A stretch of DNA of 61,958 nt, counting the filler, from Asterionella formosa (lineage: Eukaryota), in NCBI GenBank assembly GCA_002256025.1. It is 21 parts of 21 records of this genome, joined end to end, with 100 filler letters (N's around TTAATTAATTAA, not from the genome) between each part and the next. Parts side by side here need not be neighbours in the genome. Positions count along the whole stretch, not along the records: positions 35,509 to 38,362 come from NKIB01014739.1; positions 38,463 to 41,316 come from NKIB01014740.1; positions 41,417 to 44,269 come from NKIB01014741.1; positions 44,370 to 47,219 come from NKIB01014743.1; positions 47,320 to 50,169 come from NKIB01014744.1; positions 50,270 to 53,118 come from NKIB01014745.1; 15 more parts are not named here. One strand, written 5' to 3'. A program made the position numbers and the translations under genes. Every line of letters starts with the position of its first letter. The stretch's first letter is position 1. This document shows, piece by piece, positions 37,695-50,578 of this stretch. Below the pieces are notes generated by a model. The model saw only the letters and a list, made by a program, of their open reading frames with translations, made no database searches and was not told the origin of the DNA.

Positions 37695-38135
37695 TTAACA
37701 GCAAAATTTATTGGTTTTGAAAATATAACTACCATCTTTTGCGACAACAGAGGGAGTCACTTTAGCTAAAAAATAACGTCGTGCTGAATTTGCTGCTAAA
37801 GCGGATGAATCTTCATAACCAAGTAAGCATGAAACTTGAACTGAATGTTGCCCTTTGTAGTGATTCAGGTCAGATGTGATGCTAAATTTAGAACGAACAA
37901 GGTCATTGTGGATTTCTTGAAGACTGGTGTGCTCATTTTTGAGTTTGTTGTGGATTTCTTGAAGACTGATGTACTCATCTTTGAGTTTGTCATACTTCAC
38001 CTGATCACTTCGATTGCAAAGCTTTTCAAAAACAAACGTTGGGTGGTGAAAATTATGGTTGGTCTCAATATCAGCAACCTTTCTTGAACCGGAGTTGAGT
38101 GAATCATCATCTTCATTCTCACTGGCAGAATTCAA
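37695..38135 (-). CDS. Hypothetical protein fragment with a duplicated coiled-coil repeat
   Basis: KLKDEYISLQEIHN/KLKNEHTSLQEIHN 42-nt duplication; no ATG start, possibly an internal exon. Confidence 0.35.
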   Translation of the reverse strand: MNSASENEDDDSLNSGSRKVADIETNHNFHHPTFVFEKLCNRSDQVKYDKLKDEYISLQEIHNKLKNEHTSLQEIHNDLVRSKFSITSDLNHYKGQHSVQVSCLLGYEDSSALAANSARRYFLAKVTPSVVAKDGSYIFKTNKFCC

Positions 38136-38590
38136 GACATAATCAACGGGAATAAAACGATTGAAACAAGCCTTTTTTAGTATCAGTAGTAAAAGGAGGA
38201 TTTACTTTTGTTGGAATGTACTAAGTGGAAGGTTTTGCACCACCAAAGCCGTCATGAACAGTATACTGCTTTTGCTTTTTATTAAAACAACTGGTAGGAA
38301 AGGTTCCAAAATCAGCTATCACTCGCTTTGGAGCCAAATCCGGCACTCTCCTTGCAACTGTCNNNNNNNNNNNNNNNNNNNNNNNNNNNNNNNNNNNNNN
38401 NNNNNNTTAATTAATTAANNNNNNNNNNNNNNNNNNNNNNNNNNNNNNNNNNNNNNNNNNNNACTGCACATGACGATTACTCGAAGATATAAAGATCACT
38501 TGACCAACAAATTGAAGACGTTATCGCAAACATTCATTCCGCTTGTCATCGCTAGTATTTCGTTGTTGTTGCAAAAATCGGAGTGATGAG

Positions 38591-38845
38591 TGTTGGAAAA
38601 ATGCGAGCTGACTGCCACAGGACAGGCGTGAAGGGTATAGTGGACACGAGAGAGAACAGTGCTACAGTTAAAACCGTACAGCCGCTACAAAGATTTACCT
38701 GGGCTGACGTGGTAAAAGGCACAACGCAAGGAAAAGCAATCAGAGGTCAGGAAAAAATGTTAAAATGCAATGTGAGTAATAAGAGTGTTTCGAGACCATT
38801 ATCTCGAAACAATCCAGTTAGTAAAGCGAAAGTTTAAGTTTGACA
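38591..38845 (+). repeat. 5' LTR of a CoDi-like copia element
   Basis: TGTTGGAA...TTTGACA upstream of gag. Shares a TGG(G/A)C.GA (TW.D) segment with the LTR at 24914-25091. Confidence 0.7.
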
Positions 38846-39101
38846 ACTTCCTCGTTGCTATCAATTTCATCAACTGTATTCGATTAACACAGTACTAGGT
38901 TCAAGGCCTACGATACGGTCGAATACGGTAGTTGTTACAACATTGTTTCGAGATAAAAATAAAAATAAATTAAAACAAAAGGAACAGCCATTCACATGGA
39001 AGGCTGGAGTTTCGACATTTCAACCGAGGTTTTGAACACTTTATAGATTCGAGTAGTGCAGCTGAAGGCCGCAGCCACCAATCAAGGAACCAACGAACCC
39101 C

Positions 39102-41316
39102 ATGAGCGCCACCCCAGACGCGATGACAAGCGGCAGCTTAGCGAGTGGACACGGCAGCACCGGTGGGAGAGGGCGAAGGGACAACCGTCCGCACGGGAGC
39201 CGTGGTGGCCGGGCAAGGACACAAGCGACAAGCAACAACCGTGGCATTTTAAGGGCAGCACAGAGGGCATGAACGGAAACGTATTTGAATGCTATGAAGA
39301 ACAAAGTGACAGACGCCAGTACGCCAAAACGTTAGAAGCTCTAGACGGATATGTGAGGAAAACACTGAAGTACTCTGAAGACCTTGCCCCTTTGTTTGCC
39401 GACACCATGGCGGTTCCCATGGTAGACATGCCAGATGACCTAGATGACGATGCAGGACTGACCATGAAAATGATTTTCGCAGAAGAAGTAAAAACGTATG
39501 TCAAGCGCAATCATACCCTGAAGAGCAACCTAGCAACAGTGTATGCGGTGATTTGGGGCCAGTGTAGCGATGACATGAAGGCAAAGGTCAAAACACACGA
39601 TGACTACAAGGACAAGACTGCCAACAACGATTGTTTTTGGCTTCTAAAACAGATCAAGTCGATTACTTTACAGTTCGATCAGAGCAGGAATGGTTTCATT
39701 GCACTTTTGGACGCCCAGACCAGTTTCCTCAATTGTCGTCAGTTACAAGGACAGTCCGCAGAAGACTACGTCGAGTGTTTGCGAGGATGGGTTGAGACCA
39801 TCGAGTACCATGGCGGCACTGTGGCAGCAAATTACAAACTGGTACCCTTCCAGGATCAGGACGGGAATGGGCGTAGCACTGAAGAGCGAAAGGAGATCGC
39901 ATGTGAACGCACCCTTGCAATCGCTCTGATTCGAAGTGCTGACCCCACCAGGTCTGGCACCCTCATCACTGACCTGTCAAACCAGTATGCAATGGGAATT
40001 GACCAGTACCCCACCAATTTGTTGTCAGCCCAAAGCCTTCTCGTCAACTACAGAACTCCAACGAACACCAGCGTCAGGACAGATACACCACGCCCCCAGC
40101 CGACTAGAAGCCCTGAGGCCAGTGCAATGACGTTTACACAACGTGGCGAAATCGCAGGCAATAATGGAGTGTTACATGATGGCATCATCTGTTACAACTG
40201 CCAAAGCCAAGGACACTACGCGGGAGACTGCCCTGACAGGCAGGAATCGACGACCTCAGGCACTACATTGACGCAGTATGCATACATGCTTGCACAGACC
40301 GGCGACCCTGGGATTGATCCTAAGTGGATCCTTCTCGACTCGCAGTCGACAATCTCCGTGTTCAAGAACGCCGACATGCTCAGCAACATCCGGCGTAGCT
40401 CTTACGTACTCAGGGCGCTCACAAATGGAGGCTACCAGGACTCCAACATGGTAGGAGATTTTCCCAACTTGGGTAAGGTTTGGTACAACCGTGAATCAAT
40501 TGCCAACATCCTCTCCCTTGCTGAGGTGCGCAAGGTATGCCGCGTCACCATGGACTCTGCGGACGAGCCCGCGATGCTTGTCCATAGACTCGATGGAACT
40601 GTGATGAAATTTCTTGAGCACCCCTCAGGACTGTATGTGTTTAGTTGTAACAACGATACTAACGACAGTGTTACAGGTTATACCATGCTATCCACAGTAG
40701 CAGAACAGAAGAAACTATTCTCACGATGTGAAATTCAATCAGCCAATGCAGCCAGAGATTTGTATAGAAAGATTGGGCGGCCTGCCGAGGCGGAATTCCA
40801 ATCCATCCTACGGAACAACTTGATTAGAAATTGCCCAGTGACGCCAGACGACGCCAAGCGCGCCCTCATTATTTACGGTCCAGACATCGCTGCCATAAAA
40901 GGTAAAACTACGCGGTCGCGCGCCGCTCCAAGAGCGCCAACGTTTGTGGCCGAACCGATTCCTGCCCCAATCCTGGAGCATCACCACAACGTGACGTTGT
41001 GCGCCGATTTCTTCTTTGTGCAGGGTCTACCATTTTTTCATACCATCTCACGCGGTATTGGTTTCCGAACCGTGGACCTGGTTCCCGACCGGACCAAGGC
41101 TACCATTCTACGCAAAATTCGGAGTGCGGTCCGCCTCTACCACCTACGCGGTCTACAGGTTTGTGATGTGCATGCTGACAGTGAACTCGAGTGTGTTCGT
41201 GAGGACTTGCAACCTATCGCATTAAACATTGTACCTGCTGACAGTCACGTTGGTGAAGTGGAACGGTCCATCCGAACCATCAAGGAGCGACTACGCTCGT
41301 GTGCACACGGCCTACC
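39102..41316 (+). mobile_element. Ty1/copia (CoDi) gag-protease-integrase polyprotein, 3'-partial
   Basis: Motifs IWGQCS, CYNCQSQGHYAGDC zinc knuckle, WILLDSQST protease, ARDLYRKIGRP, TLCADFFFV, HVGEVERSIRTIKER. The RGG-rich N-terminus from ATG 39102 is one frame off (shift near 39245). Confidence 0.95.
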
Positions 41317-41416
41317 NNNNNNNNNNNNNNNNNNNNNNNNNNNNNNNNNNNNNNNNNNNNTTAATTAATTAANNNNNNNNNNNNNNNNNNNNNNNNNNNN
41401 NNNNNNNNNNNNNNNN

Positions 41417-44269
41417 TGTCAGTAATGTATATGATAGAACTAGCAACAGCAGAAAGCAACACACAGTTCATTCCGGACCTCATTGTCCCTGCCTGTTGTC
41501 AACAACACTGCGTGAGCTGACAAGCCATACTAGCATTTAGGTACACACCCAGCCCACACTCACCATTCAACTGTATTGCAGAGTTCTTTTATTTGCGTCG
41601 AGGATTCAATTGACGTTGCAGCAACCTATGCAGTTACAGAAACAATGAGAAGGAATGATTTGTTAGCTAGTAGTCATGTTACATTGAAACAACGACACGC
41701 AATTCCATCGTATCCTCTTGCTTCACTTACCACAAATCAATGCAACTGATGCATAAGTCTGTACTAGTAACTTGTCAGTAAGCCAAATTCTTGAATAAGT
41801 AAGTTTCGGGTATCCAATGTTGTCGAATAAAACTTACCGGTACATTTTTGTCATCTTAACTTTGAGAGAAGGTAAACGTTTTGTCGGCTTTGTTCCAACA
41901 GAAGTGAATAGGTCCAACAAGCGACAAGAGCACTTACGCAATTTGGTTTGGTTTTACATTGGTGCGCTCCCCAACAAGCGAAACGAGCTGTTTAATCAAC
42001 TGAGAAAAAAGGAAATGTGGCTGCGTTTAGTTAACAATTTGTTGTTGTCCTGCCTCCCAACGATTGTCATCCAAGTAGTTACCACATTGATGGCTTCATT
42101 ACCTTAAACATTCTCCATCCTTCGAAGGCGCAATGTGTCATAGTCACAATGTTTTTCGTTATGTATTGCGAAAATTTTCTTTTCTTTTACTGTGCTTTAC
42201 TACGACGTATCTTTTCATGAAGCAGCAGGCATTGTTTGTTAACATGACAGAACGATTTCAAAAATATATATGCCATGAATATAGTAATAAAATTTGTAAA
42301 TATATATATATATTAAGTGTTATATATTTATTATATTCAAAGGCGCTCTCGATATGGAACATCTGATATTATGGTTGAGATGATCATACTCGCATATACA
42401 TAATTCGAAAATACTCAATGCACTATATGTCCATTGTTTTCCACGACTACGTGTACCGGAATTGTTTCTGAAATTTGTTTGCATCGATATTTTTTATGTC
42501 CGTTGAAACTAATTATTTAGACCGTTAAATAGCCGCCAGGGTTATGATAGCAAATTGATTAAGCCCCTTTTTTGGTCGGGAGCTCTTTATGTGTACTGGT
42601 ACATCATATGACAATAACAATATATCATATATATATACAGAGTACCAGTAGCAGGTGGTAATTGATATACTGGGGGTAGTCGGAGTAGTAAACTAGCAAC
42701 AGAACACCATATGTTCAGGACTGTTGCTACTGCAGTGGGACAGTAAATCATCATAGTTTTAGGATTGTATGATCATAAAACTAAAAACCAAAAGAACACC
42801 ACATGTTCATGACTGCTGCAATTATAGTGGGACAGTAAATCATCATAGTTTTAGGATCGTATGATCATAAAACTAAAATTCAAAAGAACACCATATGTTC
42901 ATGACTGTTGCAATTACATTGGGACAGTAGATCATCATAGTTTTAGGATCAAATGATCGTAAAACTAAAAACAAATAGAACACCATATGTTCATGACTGT
43001 TGCAATTACAGTGGGATAGTAAATCATCATAGTTTTAGGATTGTATGATCGTGAAACATGATTTGCAATGGAACGGATCTGAGCATATATATATCTAAAA
43101 CAAGGAAAGACGACACGACAATTAACGTGATGGCTGGTTGTTGAGGATACCGGTATGTGATATGCATCAATCCATATCACAAATCATATTATAGTGATGT
43201 ACATATCAACGCATCCGTATACTTAGATCCTATCCACTGTATAATACTATCATAATAAGTGTTGACTTTTACTGTATACATTAAACGACAAACATATATA
43301 TTAATTAACATACTTTATGATTGCTTGATTTATATTCTGTGATGTATTGATAACACTTGCGTACATATTTTATCGTATTTTATTGTCATTGTACTATTTT
43401 TACATGATCATATTTTGATCAAAATTATATCATATATATTTCATAAAATCATCACAGTTCTATGATCGCTGCATCATAGCTATGTGATGTACTTTATTCA
43501 TTATTACGTATCATACTTTGGTGATGTATGTATCGATGTAACCTTATCATGATATCACAGTATCATCTTATCAATCATGATGAGATGATTGGGAAGCAAC
43601 TGTATTCTGCATCATGCTACAGGGTATATTATTATATCACGCAATTTAGTAGCGAAGTCACTCCGCCTGTAATGTACTAAAGTCGACAGTGCACATACCG
43701 GGTACCGGTACTCAAACGCTGATCAGGTTTGAGGCAACGGACAGTGGTTCCAACGAGCAAATGATGATACTGTACCAATTTTTCCAACGAAAGAACTTGT
43801 CTCTCTATTGATGAGGATGACACGGACACGGACACCGACACCGACTTTTCCAGGAGCAAACAACAATGAAGAGACCCACTTGTCGCTCTATTGATGGTAA
43901 CAAAGATACGGACAAGTTCAACAGTGAATACAAGAACAACATACCATTGAAAACAAGTTGACAGTGTGTGCACGCACACGCCAAGCAAGTTTGAGGCAAC
44001 GGACAATTCCAACAAGCAAATGACAATACAGATATCAAATTCTTCCAACGAGCAAACAACAATGAAAAGAGCCACTTGCTTTCGCTCTCTTGATGGTATC
44101 AAAGATGCGGACAAGTTCAATAGTTAATTCAAGTACAGTATGCCAAATGCAGAAACGAGCAAGCGACATGAAAATGAAATGCGTCCTAATCAGAATCATT
44201 CTATGACTATAGCTATGTGGACAGTAGTCTGTTACGCACATTTTCGTATCTCCTTCTATGCTGAATCGA
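41417..44269. repeat. Repeat family B, longest copy (whole contig), with about 90-bp subrepeats at 42700-43050
   Basis: Matches segments in the contigs starting at 5929, 32554, 35509 and 59113, and a short piece at about 50397-50452. Confidence 0.92.
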
Positions 44270-44452
44270 NNNNNNNNNNNNNNNNNNNNNNNNNNNNNNN
44301 NNNNNNNNNNNNNTTAATTAATTAANNNNNNNNNNNNNNNNNNNNNNNNNNNNNNNNNNNNNNNNNNNNCTTCAGATTATGAAATAGTGGAGCAGCCTTC
44401 AGATAAATAGTTGAACAACCTTGTGATAATTAGTTGAATGAACTCCAGAATA

Positions 44453-45965
44453 TTATGTAAACAAATTTAATACATTAACTGAGCTATTTTCATATTTGGC
44501 AATTAAAAAGTTGAAGGAAATAAGATTCCTCACCTGTAAGGGCACCCCACCAGTCACCTTTAATATTTCTTTGCTGTCATTCCGTGTAGCCACTTCATTT
44601 AAGGCAAGCTTAATTTCTGCCAAATTCATTTTGCAAGGGTGATCATACTCCACAAACCCTTGATACCTTTCCCTGAAGGCAATCTCGTTGTTTGCGGAAG
44701 CTGAAATGATGGAGACAATGCGGCTTCCCTTCAATATACTGTCGATTACACTAAAAGGAAAGGGAAGCGTACCCAGATCAACATATTTGTTTAGCTCTGG
44801 TCGAGCAAACAATCTGTTGATCTGATCGAAAACTAGGACCCATTTCTTGTTCATATGTTGAAGAATCAAGTCAATGGCATTGACAAAAGTTTTCAGATCT
44901 CTCGAATTTTCGATATCATTTGAACAGATCTTCCACTTGAGAGCCGGTAAGGAAGTACCAAATGATCTACAGATTGCAGTGTACAACTCGTCCACACCCT
45001 TCCATTGTTGACAGTCTGGAATGAAAGTTACGAGGTACCTACAGCTGCTGTTATATTGCAGGTTACGAACCAAGTTGACAAGTGAGTGCGACTTGCCAAT
45101 TCCATGCGGTCCTTTGATCATGATTCCAGTCCGACGCTTTTTCTTGAAGGCATCTTCAACCACTTTCATCATTTCCTCTACAATTTTAGGGCGATATAAG
45201 ATTCCCCTACTTTCGCAGTCGTCGAACCGCACCCGTTGGACATTTTCAATCCAGTAACTTTCAGTTGGGGAAAAGGCGGGTAAAGTAGGAACAGAAGGAG
45301 GTAAAGTAGGACCAGAAGGAGGTAAAGTAGGACCAGAAAGAAATAAGGTAGGGTCAGAAGCAGGTACAGTAGGAATAGAAGGAACCTCAATCGGATCAAT
45401 CATGTAGATATGCATTGTCTGTGGAACGATTCGCTTTTCCTGATCAACCTTCAAGCGCTTGAAATGAACGTTGAGCTTCTCCTTTATAAGCAATATTAAG
45501 GTCGAGGCTTCCTCCTGCTCATCATTTTGTTTCTGGCGTTTCGTCGTTCCTTGGTCTTTTCAACAGTAGCGAGTATTTGTATGGGATAAATGATACGAAA
45601 TGAAACGTGAGTATTAGGAGCTGTGAACTACAATACAATAGAAGGGATTCCATGAGATCAAAACACGTACCAATATCAGGTTGGATGACCACGATCACGA
45701 ACGCATGCTTGCTGCTAGTTCCCCAATTCAGATGAACAACCGGACCTCCAGGATCCAAGGTTGGATCATCAGCTCCCTCAGGAACCGGCACTTGAGTTCC
45801 AGGTGGGTACACACGGAGCTGCGCTGAATCTATGGCACTCAGACTATTTTCACATTCAATCTTCACAGCTTCCATCAAGTCAGCAATGACATCATTCTGA
45901 TTCAACGTGACATAAACTGGCAATAGTCCTGCGTTTCCAAGAAACAACTGGAACCAAACCTTCAT
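44453..45965 (-). CDS. Crinkler/RHS-type (CR) protein: N-terminal ubiquitin-like domain + P-loop NTPase (exon 1 45965-45671, intron 45670-45556, exon 2 45555-44453)
   Basis: N-terminus MKVWFQL...VIADLMEAVK...LSAIDSAQLRVYPPG...FVIVV. A phase-1 GTACGT...AAAG intron restores the frame into the ORF with Walker A GPHGIGKS, Walker B WVLVFDQ and TGGVPL. The stop close to the contig edge may be premature. Confidence 0.72.
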
Positions 45966-46011
45966 TGTGATAGTGGTGGGTTCCTGGTTGGGAGTACAAG
46001 ACAATGGAAGT

Positions 46012-46047
46012 GAGAGGAGAGGAGAGGAGAGGAGAGGAGAGGAGGAG
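46012..46047. repeat. (GAGAG)n purine microsatellite
   Basis: Read directly from the sequence; lies upstream of the CR gene. Confidence 0.9.
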
Positions 46048-46581
46048 AACCTTCTGTCAATCATTTCAACAAGGGTGAGGAATGTTGTGACTGATTTGAA
46101 ACATCATGATACCGGCATTCTGCTACCGGTACTTGCTTTCGTTGCTGTCATGGTACTCTTGTCATCGTGGACTTCTACTAAAGGCCCTGGTATAGTGCGT
46201 ACGACCTCGTCTTGCGAGCCAGCATTCTACCGAGTGGCGTACGATTGTACACCATATCGAGTGTCGAGTGGCGTACGATTGTACACCCAATCGAGTGTTG
46301 TATGCAACTTCGTCTTGCGAGCCAGCATCATAGAACGTGGCGTGCGATTGTATGCCCAAAGCGTTTCGAGGCTTCTCAACATTCTAAGACCTATTGCCCT
46401 ACGACATACATTACATACAGTGACAAACGTTTGTGCACAGGTGCTCAAATCATCGTTTTTGTGCATCAGGATCCTCCTGAGGGCAATACACGCCTGAGGT
46501 GGTCTCTTGCCTGCGAGTATACATACCGGTATGTTCGAGGCGCCACCCAGCCTCGAACACATGCGAGAAGGGCATTGTTGA

Positions 46582-47219
46582 GGCAATTCTAGCTATCGTC
46601 GCGTCATTCGCCTACCTACTGCCCACAAATTTAGCATAAATGTCAATTTTATCCTACTATTGCCCATCATATGAAATATATTTTGTATATTTCCTATCTT
46701 CACCTCGAAAATTGCCAAAGGTCCGATATTGCCCATCATTAAAATATATTTTATATATTTCATATGTTCGCATTTTGGCAAGACAACAGACACCAATTGC
46801 CCCTCGGTTTTTCAGCCCTGGGATTGCCGAAATCGGCAAGGGGTCTACTTAAAGAAACCATTTTATATACTATACAGATTTTAATAATTTGTATATAGAA
46901 TTCACCTCGTTTTTGTTCGTCTCCTGAAAAGTGGACTCCGGCAATTCACCTTTCACCATGCCAATCGTCGTCCATCATGACCGGTTTGAAGCGCAATCAG
47001 TTCCGCGATGACGCCAGTAGCGATTCTTTGCCTAACGGATGCGGTTGATTGTTGGATTGCTTGTCTTCTCGAGGTATTCATGTAGTCGCATCGTCCATAT
47101 TTCGTCGGACGCACGATGATATCGATACATCTGATGTTGGTGGCAAGTTTTTGCTCCGGTCATGTATGTGATGATGCTTAACGGATATTCTACCGGTACC
47201 GGCAGTCATCTAGTCTACA
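46582..47219 (+). mobile_element. Left part of element family A
   Basis: Aligns with 53259-53881; the TIR has a small deletion (GGCAATTC-TAGCTATCGTC). Confidence 0.85.
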
Positions 47220-47319
47220 NNNNNNNNNNNNNNNNNNNNNNNNNNNNNNNNNNNNNNNNNNNNTTAATTAATTAANNNNNNNNNNNNNNNNNNNNNNNNN
47301 NNNNNNNNNNNNNNNNNNN

Positions 47320-50169
47320 CCTCCTTCAAGGAGTCTTCAAGATGCTTTATCTTCACTGCTGTATTTTCCTGATGTTCCGCTACCTTGGTTTCGGCCTCCC
47401 TCAACGAGTCATCAAGATTTTTCATCGTTACTGATTTGACTTCCTGTTCCGCTACCTTGGTTTCAGCCTCCCTCAACGAGCTTTCCAGCTTTTCCATCTT
47501 TTCTGCTATGACTTCCTGTGCTGCTATCTTGATTTCAGCCTCCCTCAACGAGTCTTCAAGCTTTTTCACCGTCACTTTTGTGGAATGGAATTCAGAACTT
47601 GATGACGTTAACTTAGCTTGCAATTCCAGAACCTTCTCGTCTAGTACTGTGTTTGTAGCAATCACGCCTTTCATCTCTTTCTCCATGGCTTCAAAATCCC
47701 CTTCAAAGTCTTTCACTAACTCGCGATACCTTGTATCAAACTCACTAGTTTCGACTTTCATGGATTCAATCAATTGAGTTTGCGCAATTAGTTGTGACCT
47801 CTGTGCACCAACTTGGCCCATTAACGAGGCGATTTGGGCGGAATATGATGCTGCACAATTTCTCATCTGTGCTTGAGCATGAGCCCCATTCTCGCGATAT
47901 TCTGTTATTTCTTTTGAAAGAAAGTTCACATCAACGGTTTTCTTCATTGCATCCACAGCACTGGCTGCTAGTTGGATTTCTTTCTCATCCAACATTGACT
48001 GCAAATTCTCTACTTGTTGCACCAAGGAAGCTTCGGAGGAACGCAGAGATTTGGCCTCTTGATCCAACAGTGAGTTTGAGTTCTTTAATAACTGAATCGT
48101 GGACTGAGCCTGTGCTAACAACAATCCCACATCTTGCAATTGTATTTTGAATTGACTGTTCGTCGAAATGGACAATGCCTTCAACTCATCAATTTTTGAC
48201 AAATGAGCTGTCGTTGATTTCGTCATTGATATGACTTGTGTTTCATAACTTAACAACTGCTGGTCCTTGATCGTAGAATCCGCTATGAGCTGAAGATGTT
48301 GGGATTGAACATTGGCAAGCTCGTCAAGAATCTGACAAATCTGTTTCTCTCTTGAGGCTCTAGCGTTCTCGAGAGCATTTTGAGACTCTTGCTCTGTCTC
48401 AGATTGACGTATAGTAAGTGAATCAATCCTTGAAATGCAGTCCACGAGTTCCTGCTTGCTTTGGTCGAGGGCCCCAATCGCCTCATCCCTATCAGCTCTT
48501 AATTCATTCATTAAGGAGTGAAGCTTTTCTACATCAGTTTCAAACTTGTCTTGCTGCAATGCCAAGGCCGCTTGAGAATTAGCAGTAACTACTTCAAGTT
48601 CCTCCCTCAACAGTTTGATTGAGTTTTCTGATTGTTCCAACTCACTGCGGGCTTTGTACAAATCAGTTTGGAGAACCTGCATATCTGTGTAGGTGTCATC
48701 TCGAGAAGATTCCATGTCCTTCATCACAGTGACGGCTGATTGCAGATCTAATTTAGTGCGCTCAAGATTCAGCTGAGAGTCATTTGCCGCTAACGTCATT
48801 TGATCTAGTGCCAACTTTAAAAGAAGGACCTGATCCATTAACTTTTCTTTTTCAATTACAACCCCATCAAAACGACCTTGAATTGATTTGATTTTAAATT
48901 CAGACTCCTCCCGTTGGTTGGATAGTGCGGCTTGATCTTGAGCTGACATTACATCAAGCTCGCTCCTCAGAGCTGCCACGGATTCTTTAGATCGCTCAAG
49001 CTCCGTGCTAGTGCGTTGTAAATCTCCCAAAAGGCGTTGAATCTCTTCAGGGATGTTTTTCTCGTAGGAAAGTACCTCCATCTTGGCGCATTCTAGCTCG
49101 GCAAGTGTCATTAACAATTGCTGTTTTGATTCTGATGCATCTAATTTTGTAGCAACGAGTTGTGGTCGCAGTTCCGCCAGCTCCAGATCCCTTTCATTTA
49201 GCGATGCACGAAGCGATGCGACTGAAGCAACAAGATCAGCTTGCTCGCGTTGCGACTTCTCAAATAGCTCACTTGCAGACATTTTTTCGTCACAAGCATT
49301 TTCATATTGCACATGGAGTTCGTGAATTTTTGTGTTTGCCTCTTGAAACTCAGAGGTCGTCTTCTTGAGCATTTCGTCGACTGTTTCCTTTTGAAGAGAT
49401 ACGGCCTTTAATGTGTCCTTTACCTCCTTCAATTCAAGGGCATATGAATCCACCTGCTTGGTCAGGCTTTGAATGATCGCCTCTTTGGCATTACTATTGT
49501 TTATAGCAACTGTCAATGTTGAATCCAGATCCGTTCGAACTCGATTCTTCTCTTCCAACTCTTCATCCTTCTGTTTTAGCTCAGTTGTCAGAAAGGATAC
49601 TTGCTTTGCCAAATGACCTAGAGTCACTTGTCGCACCTGCTTCATCTTCTCATCTTCCTTCAGATGGACATTCCGACAAATATCTTCACGGACTAGTTTG
49701 ACATTGCCAATTTTTTCATTCAAATCAGAGGCTCGTGTTTCATAGAAGTGAAGTCTTTCCATGACCACATCGATTTCGGACTGGAGAAGTTCGTTCTCCA
49801 TCTGGCGCTTATTCGTGAGTCGCTCTAGTTCTGCTTCTTTTTCGCCTAACAAATTTTCGTATAAGCTCTGTGATTATCAGTGTCAGAAATGGTGTTGAAG
49901 GAAAAATTACTTTGTTGATAACAGTACACAGGATACGCACTTTTTGATCTTGCAACGCTTTCTGGAGGCGGCCTGTCTCTTGTTCCTTGGCTTTGGAAAG
50001 TTCCATAATCGATTGATACAACCGTGCATGTTCCTCTTCTTTAGCATCGAGAGTAACTTTCACTTGACTGAGTTCGGTCAACAGTTTCATTTTAAGCTGA
50101 ATGGCCTGATCGAATTCCCGTGATGAATGCCCTACTAGTGCTTCTCCAAGCTTGGTGGACATGGCTGAT
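47320..50169 (-). CDS. Long coiled-coil protein, partial (intron 49940-49868)
   Basis: More than 900 aa of heptad-rich sequence. A phase-0 GTGCGT...CACAG intron joins the two ORFs. C-terminal repeats of about 20 aa (LEDSLREAE.K.AEQE). Confidence 0.85.
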
Positions 50170-50578
50170 NNNNNNNNNNNNNNNNNNNNNNNNNNNNNNN
50201 NNNNNNNNNNNNNTTAATTAATTAANNNNNNNNNNNNNNNNNNNNNNNNNNNNNNNNNNNNNNNNNNNNTTAAGAAGCCGACCTGAGCTATTGCTGCAGC
50301 AATGCTCGATCACGACTCCGGACATTCGGTCGACTTACAGAAGTATGTTCGTACACCTGTAGTACAGTTGGTTCGAATTGGTCGTCTCGCAATCGACTTT
50401 TTCATGAAGCAGGCATTGTTTGTTAACATGACAGAACGTTTTCAAATATATTTAACACATAAACCATAGTAGTGGTGCCCAGCTGCTATTTCGGAAATTG
50501 TGACCCGCACCAACAATTGTTATTGTACCGCTATACCAGGTACCAGGTGCCAGTACTACGGATCATGACACAATAAAG

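Noticed and set aside
42700..43050. CRISPR-like repeats containing a small palindrome
   Set aside because: The intervening sequences are homologous to each other, so this is an ordinary tandem subrepeat.
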